The notes below the pieces were generated by a model that was given only the letters and a program-made list of their open reading frames with translations, did no database searches and was not told the origin of the DNA. A stretch of 64,000 bases of DNA, from NCBI GenBank assembly GCA_047967505.1, contig CM106538.1. One strand, given 5' to 3'. Positions 52,490-64,000 of this stretch are shown here, one piece after another. The number at the start of each line of letters is the position of its first letter. The stretch's first letter is position 1. Origin of the DNA: Dipteris shenzhenensis (taxonomy: Eukaryota). The translations under genes were made by a program, and so were the position numbers.

Positions 52490-54430
52490 AGGTTCTGGCA
52501 CCACTATTCATATGCAGATAGAGATTCTGAGGGCTGAGATGAGGGCACTGCAGGATGCTAGGGCACCCCCTCACTTGGTTGTGAGTCTAGATTCAATTAT
52601 TGAGGCTCTGGGTCGATTGGACACAGTTGAGGACGTTGTGGATAGCTTTCAAGCACAGGTTGAGGTAGAGATCACTGGTCATGGCTTGGATTGGAGAGCC
52701 ATTCGACAATTGTTTGAGCGTGAGTCACCTCACAGGCAGGCCTTAGAGGATATGTTTTGGGATGGTCACACTGAGGCGATGCGACCACGATCAGGGTTGC
52801 CCTTGCATATTTTACGTTGTAGGCACCCCATCATAGCAGCACACATTTATCCGAGATATCTCACTGTGAATGGTGGTCGATTGCCTCACAACCGTTAGAT
52901 AGCCAGGTCATTTTCCATGTAGCTATACGCTGAGTTTGTGCTTGGTCATCGGGTAGACTACCTTAGTACTTGTCCAGGATCAGGAGCGAGACATGGTAGG
53001 ATGGGGCATCAGGAGCGTCAGACTGTAGATGTTCGACGTCGACGCGAGGCGCCAGAGTTACACACTATCCCTACACCAGCATTGCGAGCTATTGGAGGAC
53101 GGATTAGGGGGGATGTTCATTCAGTGGCATCATCCTTGCACCACATGGTCTCTGCCCTATCGAGATCACTTTCGATTCCACCTCCCCCACCTCGATCATC
53201 GATGGAGCCTCCCACATCTACACCACCTCCCACATCTACACTGCTTTAGCACGAGTTGGAGACTCGAGATGCACGGATTGCAGAGTTGGAGGTATTGTTG
53301 GCTGAGTCTAGGGACGAGGTTAGTTATTCTGATTATTTTAGTTTATTTTTTTATAGCATGTTTTGAACTGAAGTTTTTTGGTTAATTCTCACGATGTATG
53401 CAACATGTTTGCATTTTGCAGGTGCATCTATTGCGACAGGATATGGAGTCTCGTGTACGACTATTGGAGGTAGATTTGGAGGAGCAGAGGATTCGGACAT
53501 GCATAGCATACCATCGTGCAGAGCACTATATTTTGCAGTTGAGACATATTAGTCGTGATCCATCTCGCCATAGGATCGACCCCAGCGTGGCCCTATACCC
53601 CACTCCTCCTGTAGATGTGCCGACGACTAGGACACCCATAGATGCAGTAGTCATAGCCAGGCTTCCTACTGCCACTTGCGTCCTTTGCCACGAGGAGTTT
53701 GACACCGTAGGGTGGTTTGGACTAGGGTGCGGCCACATCGCACATCTCCATTGCATGACCCGCCACATGGTGGCACGATCAGTGTGCCCTGTATGCTTTG
53801 CTGACATTGATGTGGCCACATACAAAGGACTAGGCATGGATGATCTGTATCTTGGTCATCATCAGGCCATTGATCCATTCGCCCGCGTGGTCTTGACAGA
53901 GCACTACAGGGAGGAGGCATAGAGAGCTTTGTTGATGTAGGAGGGTGCTGATACATTTGTGGTTGCAGCGTGTGTTCCATGATGCTTCTCATATGGTGAT
54001 TTCATGCCAAGTGACGAGGCATGAACAGAGGAGGCATGCCGTATTGAGCGAGAGGCAGAGCTGCAGACATCATTGCAGCAGTGGGTGGAGCAACAGTTTG
54101 GGCGGGGCCGAGACCAGCGTCTTCTACATGTAGAGACGATTACTCGTGCTGGATTTGAGGCACGAGTATTCGCAGATGCATGACTTTGGGAGCTGACGCG
54201 CATACATAGAGGAGGTGAGGGAGGCAGAGATGGCAGTAGTGGCTCGTGCAGCATGCCCTCCTCTTCATCAGGATGAGGCTAGCCCATCTCATGCAGGAGA
54301 TGAGACTGGCCCATCTGATCCGGCTTTGCCTGAGGGCACATAGCAGATGGTTGGGCAATGGGTCATACAAGAGCCACATCAGAGGATGACTAGAGGATCA
54401 TATGTGGAGTTATCAGACTCTGATTCAGGA
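52490..54430 (+). pseudogene. Decayed spliced gene encoding a RING-H2 finger protein, probably TE-borne
   Basis: CVLC..CGHIAHLHC..CPVC (C3H2C3) in ORF 53398-53922. Upstream ORFs 52512-52898 and 52938-53249 are in frame across stops. Intron ~53319-53421. Confidence 0.6.
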
Positions 54431-54619
54431 TGATTATTTAGGCTTCACACATTTCTTGTTTAGGGATGCACTTCTGCACGATGATGATGATGATGTACAC
54501 ATTCATTTTGGTACTTTCATGATATTGTTCTTACTTTTATGATGTATGAGCATTTTCGTACTTTCATGACGTTCTTCTTACTTTGTTTATCTCAGTTTAT
54601 AGTTTGTTCAAATCTAACA

Positions 54620-54754
54620 TAAACATTTAAAATTAGGAGTATGATTTTGAATTTCGAATATCTCAATTCACACATCTAATACATAAGGTATTTAAAAAAG
54701 AATGCCATGTGAAGTAATTGTAAACATTAAGCATTGAAAAAGTGTTCAAGTATA

Positions 54755-54814
<60 letters not shown>

Positions 54815-55051
54815 CTATGAACTTTATCATTTTCAATATCATATTGAATTTCGTATATATCAATGCTTGCAATTATTACACTAAACCTAAGAGCCATGCG
54901 AAGTTTCATCCCCATGTGCGTATTTAAAATTAAGAGTATGATTTTGAATTTCAGATATCCCAATGCACACATCTAATACATAAGGTATTTTAAAAATAAT
55001 GCTGTGTGTCATAATTCTAAACATTAAGCATTGAAAAGGTGTTCAAGTATA

Positions 55052-55141
<90 letters not shown>

Positions 55142-55210
55142 AGAGCTCTCTCGTGCTATGAACTTTATCATTTTGAATATCATATTGAATTTTGTATATA
55201 TCAATGCTTG
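54620..55210. repeat. Tandem duplication (~300 bp) with (CT)n microsatellites
   Basis: Two similar units, each containing a long (CT)n tract (~54758-54810, ~55055-55140). Confidence 0.9.
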
Positions 55211-58200
55211 CCATTTTTCATACGTAGTCACTAGTAGGAATTATACCTTCCACATGGCACATACGAAATCAGTTGGAGACCAAATCTTGCGTGGATGTAT
55301 GCATTACACCTTCCATGTGGCGCATACCAAATCAGTTGGAGACCAAATCTTTCATGGATGTACGTCTAGGGTAGCCTAAGAGCCGTGCAAAGTTTAATCT
55401 CCAATAGATAAGTCCACATGCGTATTTGGTTAGTACGCTCGCCATTTTTCATATGCAATCACTAGTGGGGAGTGCTTGCAAAAATGTACGCATTATACCT
55501 TCCACGTGGCACATACCAAATCAGTTGGAGACCAAATCTTGCGTGGATGTACGTCTAGGGAGCCTAAGAGCTGTGTGAAGTTTCATCCCCAACAGGGTTT
55601 AGGATTTAGGGTTTAGGGTTTAGGGTTTAGTCATGCTAGTAGGGATTGTTAAAATGTACGCATTATACCTTCCATGTGGCACAAACCTAATCAGTTGGAG
55701 ACCAAATCTTGCGTGGATGTGTGTCTAGGGTAACCTAAGAGCCGTGTGAAGTTTCATCCCCAATAGGGTTTAGGGTTTAGTCGTGCTAGTAGGGATTGTA
55801 AAAATGTACGCATTATACCTTCCACGTGGCGCATACCAAATCAGCTGGACACCAAATCTTGCATGGATGTACGTCTAGGGAGCCTAAGAGCCGTGTGAAG
55901 TTTCATCCCCAACAGGGTTTAGGGTTTAGTCATGCTAGTAGGGATTGTAAAAATGTACGCATTATACCTTCCATGTGGCATAAACCAAATCAGTTGGACA
56001 CCAAATCTTGCATGGATGTACGTCTAGGGTAGCCTAATAGCCGTGTGAAGTTTCATCCCCAACATGGTTTAGGGTTTAGGGTTTAGGGTTTAGTCATGCT
56101 AGTAGGGATTGTAAAAATGTAAGCATTATACCTCCCACGTGGCGCAAACCAAATCAATTGGACACCAAATCTTGCGTGGATGTACATCTAGGGTAGCCTA
56201 AGAGCCATGTGAAGTTTCATCCCCAACAGGGTTTAGGGTTTAGGGTTTAGGGTTTAGTCATGCTAGTAGGGATTGTAAAAATGTATGCATTATACCTTCC
56301 ACGTGCCGCATACCAAATCAGTTGGACACCAAATCTTGCATGGATGTATGTCTAGGGTAGCATAAGAGCCTTGTTAAGTTTCATCCCCAATGGGGTTTAG
56401 GGTTTAGGTTTAGGGTTTAAGGTTTAGGGTTTAGTCGTGCTAGTAGAGATTGTAAAAATGTATGCATTATACCTTCCACGTGGCGCAAACCAAATCAGTT
56501 GGAGACCAAATCTTGCATGGATGTAAGTTTAGGGTAGCCTAAGAGCCGTGTGAAGTTTCATCCCCAACAGGGTTTAGGGTTTAGGGTTTAGTTGTGCTAG
56601 TAGGGATTGTAAAAATGTACGCATTATACCTTCCACGTGGCACAAACCAAATCAGTTGGACACCAAATCTTGCATGGATGTACATCTAGGGTAGCCTAAG
56701 AGCCGTGTAAAGTTTCATCCCCAACAGGATTTAGGGTTTAGGGTTTAGGGTTTAGTCGTGCTAGTAGGGATTGTAAAAATGTATGCATTATACCTTCCAC
56801 GTGACGCATACCAAATCAGTTGGACACCAAATCTTGCATGAATGTACGTCTAGGGTAGCCTAAGAGCCATGTGCAGTTTTATCCCCAACAAGGTTTAGGG
56901 TTTAGGGTTTAGTGTTTAGGGTTTAGGGTTTAGTCGTGCTAGTAGGGATTGTAAAAATGTATGCATTATACCTTCCACGTGGCGCATACCAAATCAGTTG
57001 GACACCAAATCTTACATGGATGTACATCTAGGGTAGCCTAAGAGCCGTGTGAAGTTTCATCCCAAACAAGGTTTAGGGTTTAGGGTTTAGGGTTTAGGGT
57101 TTAGTCGTGCTAGTAGGGATTGTAAAAATGTACACATTGTACCTTCCACGTGGTGCATACCAAATCAGTTCGAGACCAAATCTTGCATGGATGTACGTCT
57201 AGGGTAGTCTAAGAGCCGTGTGAAGTTTCATCCTCAATAGATAAGTCCACATGTGTATTTCATTAGTACGTGCGCCATTTTTCATACGTAGTCGTGCTAG
57301 TAGGGATTGTAAAAATATATGCATTATACCTTCCACGTGGCGCATACCAAATCAATTGGACACCAAATCTTGCATGGATGTATGTCTATGGTAGCCTAAG
57401 AGCTGTGCAAAGTTTAATCTCCAACAGATAAGTCCACATGCATATTTCGTTAGTACGTGCGCCATTTTTCATATGTAGTCGTGCTAGTAGGGATTGTAAA
57501 AATATACGCATTATACCTTCCATGTGGCACATACCAAATCAGTTCAAGACCAAATCTTGCGTGGATGTATGTCTAGGGTGGCCTAAGAGTTGTGCAAAGT
57601 TTCATCCCTAACAGATAAGTCCACACACGTATTTTGTTAGTACGTGCGCCATAGCTTTGCCGCAGTCATGCTAGTAGGGATTGTAAAAATGTACGCATTG
57701 TACCTTCCACGTGGCGCATACCAAATCAGTTCGAGACCAAATCTTGTGTGGATGTATGTCTAGGGTAGTCTAAGAGCCGTGTGAAGTTTCATTCCCAACA
57801 GATAAGTCCACGTGCGTATTTCATTAGTACATGTGCCATTTTTCATACGTAGTGCTAGTAGGGATTGTAAAAATGTACGCATTATACCTTCCACGTGGTG
57901 CATACCAAATTAGTTGGACACCAAATCTTGCATGGATGCATGTTTACGGTAGCCTAAGAGCCATGCAAAGTTTAATCTCCAACAGATAAGTCCACATGCA
58001 TATTTCGTTAGTACGTGCGCCATTTTTCATACGTAGTTGTGCTAGTAGGGATTGTAAAAATGTATGCATTATACCTTCCACATGGCACATACCAAATCAG
58101 TTCAAGACCAAATCTTGCGTGGATGTATGTCTAGGATGGCCTAAGAGTTGTGCGGAGTTTCATCCCCAACAGATAAGTCCACATGCATATTTCGTTAGTA

Positions 58201-58846
58201 CGTGTGCCATAGCTTTGCGTAGTCATGCTAGTAGGGATTGTAAAAATGTATGCAGTGTACCTTCCACGTGGCACATACCAAATCAGTTCGAGACCAAATC
58301 TCGTGTGGATGTATGTCTAGGGTGGCCTAAGAGTTGTGCAAAGTTTCATCCCCAATAGATAAGTCCACACGCATATTTTGTTAGTACATGCGCCATATCT
58401 TTGCCGCAGTCGTGCTAGTAGGGATTGTAAAAATCTCGGGGGGGTCACTCATCATATGTAACCCTATCACGTGAGTTCAATAGAAGGATTTTTTTTATTT
58501 CTAAAATTTACATAAATAAATATACATAAGGGACTATTTAAAATAGTTTTGGAAAAAATTTACAGATTTGTATAGAAAAGGGGTACATTTTATTAATGAA
58601 AATTTTACAGATAAGATATTTTAGAAATAGGCCTTGAACGCACGTGATATAGAGGGTTTGTACATAGTGACCCCCCCGACGTAAAAATGTACGCATTATA
58701 CCTTCCATGTGGCGCATACCAAATCAGTTGGAGACCAAATCTTACGTGGATGTATGTCTAGGGTGACCTAAGAGTCGTGCAAAGTTTCACCCCCAACAGA
58801 AATGTCCACATGCGTATTTCATTAGTACGTGCACCATTTTTCATAC
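55210..58846. repeat. Satellite-like tandem array: ~135-bp core plus a linker of either (TTTAGGG)n or a ~50-bp GATAAGTCCAC.. segment
   Basis: About 20 units of GTGCTAGTAGGGATTGTAAAAATG..CCAAATCAGTTGGACACCAAATCTTGC..AAGTTTCATCCCCAACA. Telomere-motif linkers at ~55595-57105. Confidence 0.95.
58435..58680 (+). mobile_element. 246-bp MITE copy 3, inserted in the satellite
   Basis: TIRs CTCGGGGGGGTCACT / AGTGACCCCCCCGAC. Exact 8-bp TSD GTAAAAAT (58427-58434, 58681-58688). Confidence 0.97.
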
Positions 58847-58848
58847 TT

Positions 58849-61800
58849 TGGAAAACCAAAGTAGACTCAACACAATACAAGTTGGAGAGCTTCTCTCTCT
58901 GCACAAAGTTGTATCACAAAGTTGTAACACAATGTTGTAACACATTCTCTTTCTACATGTAGAAGTCGTATGTAGAAGTTGTAACACATTCTCTTTCTAC
59001 ATGTAGAAGTTGTAACACAAAGTTGTAACACAAAGTTGTATCACAAAGTTGTATTACAAAGTTGTAACACAAAGTTGTAATACAAAGTTGTGCACAGCCA
59101 GAAAGTGCAAGAGTGCATTGTCTCAGATTGAGATGCCCTTCATGGTGTGGTGAGAGGGCAATATATGTTGCGGGATAGGTCAAAGACCTTGGTGACTTTA
59201 TTTTTCTTATTCGAGGCCATTTCAGGGCCCGTTTTGGAGACAGAAGTTCTCTGCAAGCATTGTGAAAAAGGCCCTATCTTTGCTGTGCAACCACTGTTCT
59301 GTAGGTCGATGAAAAGTTGCTGCAAAAATTGCATCATATGCCTATGCGCAGAGATATTAGGAGTTACAGAATCATCCTTATTGCCTGTTGATGCAAAATC
59401 GTCACTAGGAAGTGACTGTGTGGTCAAATACCACTTTTGTCAGTTCTGCAGATTTGCCCTTGTGAGGCAGAAGCTGTCTTTTGCAGTGACAGAATATTTT
59501 GTAGTGTTTTGTTATGGCGTCTGATTCTCTTTCATAGGTTGTCACTGAAAAGCTTGACAGGAACAACTTCCAAGCATGGAAGTTTAGAATGACGAATTTC
59601 CTTATGGGAAAAGGCTATTGGGAGTTCATTATAGGAAATAAAGAAGAACCAGTTCTTCCTAATGTTCCCAATCAATAGGAAATGCAGGCATTTAAAGGAT
59701 GGCATGAGAGAGCCAGAAAAGTTATGTACTGGCTATCTATCAGTATTTCAGATTCTATGATCGTGCATATTTAGAATGCAAGTACGCCAAAGGAGGCATG
59801 GGATACTTTGGCAAAAATGCACAGCACAAATATGCAAGCCAAGAAAATGCAGCTCAAGCGGGAGTTGCATAATGTGCAGAGAGAAAATGTGAGCATCAAT
59901 GACTACCACATGAAGGTAAAGAAGATTGCAGATGCACTTGCTTCCATTGGGTCGCTAGTGGAAGATGATGATTTAGTTTCTGTGACCTTGAATGGTCTAG
60001 GAAAGGATTATGCACAATTTCAGACATCCATTGCTGTCCGTGAAAAATTTTTTGATTTTGAGGAGTTGTTTGCTCTTCTAATTTCTGAAGAGCAGAGAAA
60101 TGGTGGTGCATCTTCTTCAGGAGGAAATTCAAAAGAAATTGTCTTCTACTCAAATGTTGGAAGAGTTAGAGGCAGAGGTAGAGCAGGCCGATCTGGAGAC
60201 CGTGGTAGAAATTAGAATATGTAGCAAACTCAAGAAAACTAGTCCTATGGAGGAGGACATGGTAACTCTAGAGGTAGGGGGAGCCAAAGAGATCGTGGTG
60301 GATGGCAGAGAGGCCAAAATGCAAACAACAATGTTGATTGCTACTACTGTGGTCAAATGGGTCATATGGCTAAAGACTGCTATAAAAAGTAGAATGACAT
60401 CATGAATGGAAAATTGCAACAAGGGAATTATGCATCTTCTAGTAGACAGGGTGATGATAGAAATGAGCATCTGTTTATGGTGCAGCACATGACCAATTAT
60501 GTGACAAGTGCAGAAGGAAGCAATGATGTGTGGTATGTTGACTCAGGTGCGTCAAACCACATGACAGGTCATGCAGAATGGATGTAGGATGCAAGGAAAA
60601 TGGAAAGACCAAGATTTGTGGAGACTGGTGATGATACTGCACATCCTATTGTGCAGATCGGCAAATTCCTTTGTTTATGCAGGATGGGAAAAAAAAAACT
60701 TTTTGATGTATTTCATGTCTCGAATATCACCAAGAGCTTGGTTTTTGTTGGTCAAATGGTTGAGGAGGGCTTGCAGGTCAGATTTAATCCTCATGGATGA
60801 TTTGTTGAGGATATGAAAAATAATGGTCGCTTGATAGCAAAAGGGAAGAAGAAGGGCAGGATGTTTATGTTGGATGTGGACATACGTGAATTGAGTGCAA
60901 CAATGTTTGCACATGGGACCGATGTTGTTGCAGATATTGATATCTGGCATAAACGCATTGGTCATGTTAATGTACAGTGACTTAAATCAATGCAAGCCCA
61001 AAATATTGATGCAGGTTTTCCTAAATTCAAAGTTGCAGAAATGCATAAGGTATGTGAAGCCTGTCAATTTGGAAAACAGGCAAGGAAACCATTTCCTAGA
61101 CATGTTCAAGAGAGTAAGAGGCCATTGGAATTAATCCACTCTGATGTGTGGACTACTAAAGCTGCATCTATTGGAGGCTGTCATTATTTTGTCACTTTTA
61201 TTGATGACTACAGCAGAAAAGTTTGGGTGTATTTTATGAAAAAGAAAAGTGAAGTGTTTGGGCATTTCAAATCTTTTAAAGCTATGGTTGAAAAAGAAAT
61301 AAGCCTGCAAATAAAATGCCTAAGGTCAGATGGAGGGGGAGAGTACCTCTCAAATGAGTTTACAAGGTTCCTGCAGCAGCATGGCATAAAGTAGCAATAT
61401 TCATGCAGTCATACCCCATAGCAAAATGGACTTGCAGAAAGGAAAAACAGGCATATTGGAGAGGTATCTCGGGCCATGCTCAATGAAAAAGACCTGTCAG
61501 ATTTTTATTGGGCTGAAGCAGTTGCTACAGCAATCTACATAATGAACAGGTTTCCCGCTGCAGCAATACATGGCATGATGCCAAAGGATATACTAGTAGG
61601 AAACCAGATATTTCTCATTTGGAAATTTTCAGATGCATTGCCTATGTTCATGTGCTAGATGAGTTGAGGTCCAAGTTGGATCCAAAATCTGAGAAGTACA
61701 TCTTTATTGGTTATTCTCTATAGCAGAAAGGGTATAGATGCTAAAACCATTATACTCGTAAGTTTACAGTGAGCAGAGATGATGTTTTTTATGAGATGAG

Positions 61801-63081
61801 TAGCTGGTATAAACCAGTAAATGTGATTGATGATGTAGATGCACAAAATGGTAATGCCGCACAGAATTCACAGCAGCAATCACAAAATATAAGTGGACCT
61901 GCAGTGTCCTCTAGCACTGGATCACATACTTTTCCATGGACAGGCAGATTGAGATCAGGAGAATCTCCTAAAAGCAATGCAGAAAGTGGTATGCAGGTAT
62001 CACAAAAAGGAAAAGAGAAGGTAGATCAGCCCATGTTTGATGTAAATGCAGGTCACTCTTATGTGGACGGTGAATCCAATGGCTGAGAACAGAGCATTGA
62101 TGATGAGTTGGGTATTCCTTCTATTGTTACACCTAGATTAAGGAAGACCAGGGATGTTTTGAGAGCACCTGGAAGCGAGCCTATTTTGCACAGGTTTACC
62201 AGAGCTAAGTATCCTGTGGATAGGCTGAAATATGATGGATTTACAGCCATTCACTATGCCTATATGATCAAAGTGATATAGGAACCAGAACCCACTTCTT
62301 TGAGCAAGCCATGGGAAAAGAAAAATGGGAGAAAGCCATGGATGAAGAAATGGATGCCTTGGAAGCAAATGCTACATGGGAATTGGTGCCTTTCCCTAAA
62401 GACAAGAATGCAATTGGCTATAAGTGGGTTTATAAGGTGAAGCACAATGCACATGGTTCTGTGAACAGATACAAGGTAAGATTAGTTGTCAAGGGGTATG
62501 CACAGACATATGGCATTGATTATGAAGAACATTCAGTTCGGTTGCAAGGATGGCAGCCGTAAGAGCAATCATTGCTATGGCTGCATCAAAGGGATGGTCT
62601 TTACATCAGATGGATGTAAAGAATGCCTTCTTCCATGGTGATTTGCAAGAATAGGTCTTTATGGAGCAGCCACTAGGTTATGTTCATGCTGTTCATCCTG
62701 AGTTTGTTTGCAGGTTGAAGAAAGCCTTGTATGGCTTGAAGCAAGCACCTAGAGCATGGTCTGACAAGATAGGACAATATCTTGTCACTATTGGCTTTCA
62801 AATTTCCAAGGCATATTTCTCACTTTATGTGAGAAAAACAGAGAAAGGTATTATGCTGCTTGTCATTTATGTTGATGATTTGATCATCACAGGTGATAGT
62901 GATGAAGATATCCTTCATGTGAAAATGCTATTGAAGCAAAAGTTTGAGATGAAGGATTTGGGAGAGCTGCGTTATTTCTTGGGCATTGAGGTGATTAGAT
63001 CACCAAGTGGGATACGGCTCTTACAGAGGCAGTATGGATTGGACATGCTGTCCAAATATGGGATGACAGGCTATAAGCTTT
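58849..63081 (+). mobile_element. Decayed, 3'-truncated Ty1/Copia (putative 5' LTR 58849-59142; gag-pol from 59514)
   Basis: KLDRNNFQAWK, CYYCGQMGHMAKDC, WYVDSGASNHM, IHSDVW, LRSDGGGEY, LKKALYGLKQAPRAW, IYVDDL. Many stops. No RNase H or 3' LTR. Confidence 0.9.
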
Positions 63082-63548
63082 AATAGATCCTGTCCCCAGA
63101 TTCACCCTGACTGTAGTGTCTCGATTCTGGATTGTCAGTCTATCAGTTCCCTAGTCATGCAGGACTGATGATTCTCGTAACCAAGGACATCCCAGTAAGA
63201 TTTGATAGGATTTTTTGGGGAGATCCAAGATTGTGAATTGAAGGGAAAAGCGAGCTTCTGCGATCTTTGTGGACACACCATTCACTATTCCTAAGGGTTT
63301 AGCCCATGAATCAGCGGCAAGGTGTATGTTGAAATTAGCCTTTTGCATGGGTGGGAGACCCCATTCTTCATAGAGCTCCTTTGATAAGACATTTACACCT
63401 GCTCCACCATCCACTATGGCTTGGACTTCATTATATGCCTTGTGGATCAAAGGCACAATAATCTTGTGTATGTTATCTCTCTCACCCATCCACATAGGGA
63501 TATCTTCAATGTTGTTCATAGGTGGAGGGGGATTTGCGAGTTCAACCA
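63082..63548 (-). mobile_element. Gypsy-type aspartic protease fragment
   Basis: IVDGGAGVNVL ... ILLGCPWL. Confidence 0.75.
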
Positions 63549-63648
63549 NNNNNNNNNNNNNNNNNNNNNNNNNNNNNNNNNNNNNNNNNNNNNNNNNNNN
63601 NNNNNNNNNNNNNNNNNNNNNNNNNNNNNNNNNNNNNNNNNNNNNNNN
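63549..63648. other. Assembly gap (100 N)
   Basis: Run of exactly 100 N. Confidence 1.
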
Positions 63649-64000
63649 TTTCTCACAAGCACAATGGGGGAATACACACAAAGGTGGAGGCTGAAAACAG
63701 TTTTCCTCTTCTTAGTTGTGAAAGCCAAAAGAACACTAGTACAAAGAAATAGAAGAACCCTATATGTGGGTCTCAAACCAAACTCAACTAACTAAGGTGG
63801 CATACGAACTGAGCCACGAACTAGTGTAATAAGGATAGCTATCATCCAATTATTATTCGTGGGTGGTGTACCAACCGCATCTGTAGCTAACAAGTCGGTG
63901 ACATAAATGCACAACGGTCACCCTGGCATATCGCGAGTGGAGCTCGATATCTCAACACTCCCCCCTCGAGCTCAATCCCAATCCTGCACACCAAGCAGGT
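63649..64000 (-). mobile_element. 3' end of another LTR retrotransposon (pol end, PPT, LTR start)
   Basis: Minus strand reads ..LLGVQDWD-stop, PPT GAGGGGGGAG, then TGTTGAG beginning at 63957. Confidence 0.6.

Noticed and set aside
55595-57105. True telomere
   Set aside because: TTTAGGG runs are short, embedded in satellite monomers and flanked by further sequence.
63151-63795. ORFs spanning the N run
   Set aside because: Artefacts of the assembly gap; only the protease part before the gap is supported.

Overview
Repeat-dense land-plant genomic window. TTTAGGG repeats, GT-AG introns and the TE content suggest a seed-free plant such as a fern or lycophyte (inference). Only one intact host gene is seen: a 4-exon FAD-dependent monooxygenase at 19762-21556. 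The rest is nested mobile DNA: a full-length CACTA (2104-13273, TSD TTT) with a 3 kb self-complementary repeat, Gypsy remnants, an AP-endonuclease-fused Helitron, a Sola-like transposase, a very young Copia (29686-35590, TSD AGTGT), a telomere-motif satellite and a decayed Copia. The standout is a 13.7 kb TIR element (36065-49770) with CTC(G/A)GGGGGGTCACT ends and an exact 8-bp TSD (ATGTGGCA). It encodes a decayed P-element-like DDE transposase and carries a protein kinase and a DREB-gene fragment as cargo. Three 246-bp MITEs share its ends and each has its own exact 8-bp TSD; one sits inside the transposase gene. Family assignments come from motif recognition by eye, not database searches.
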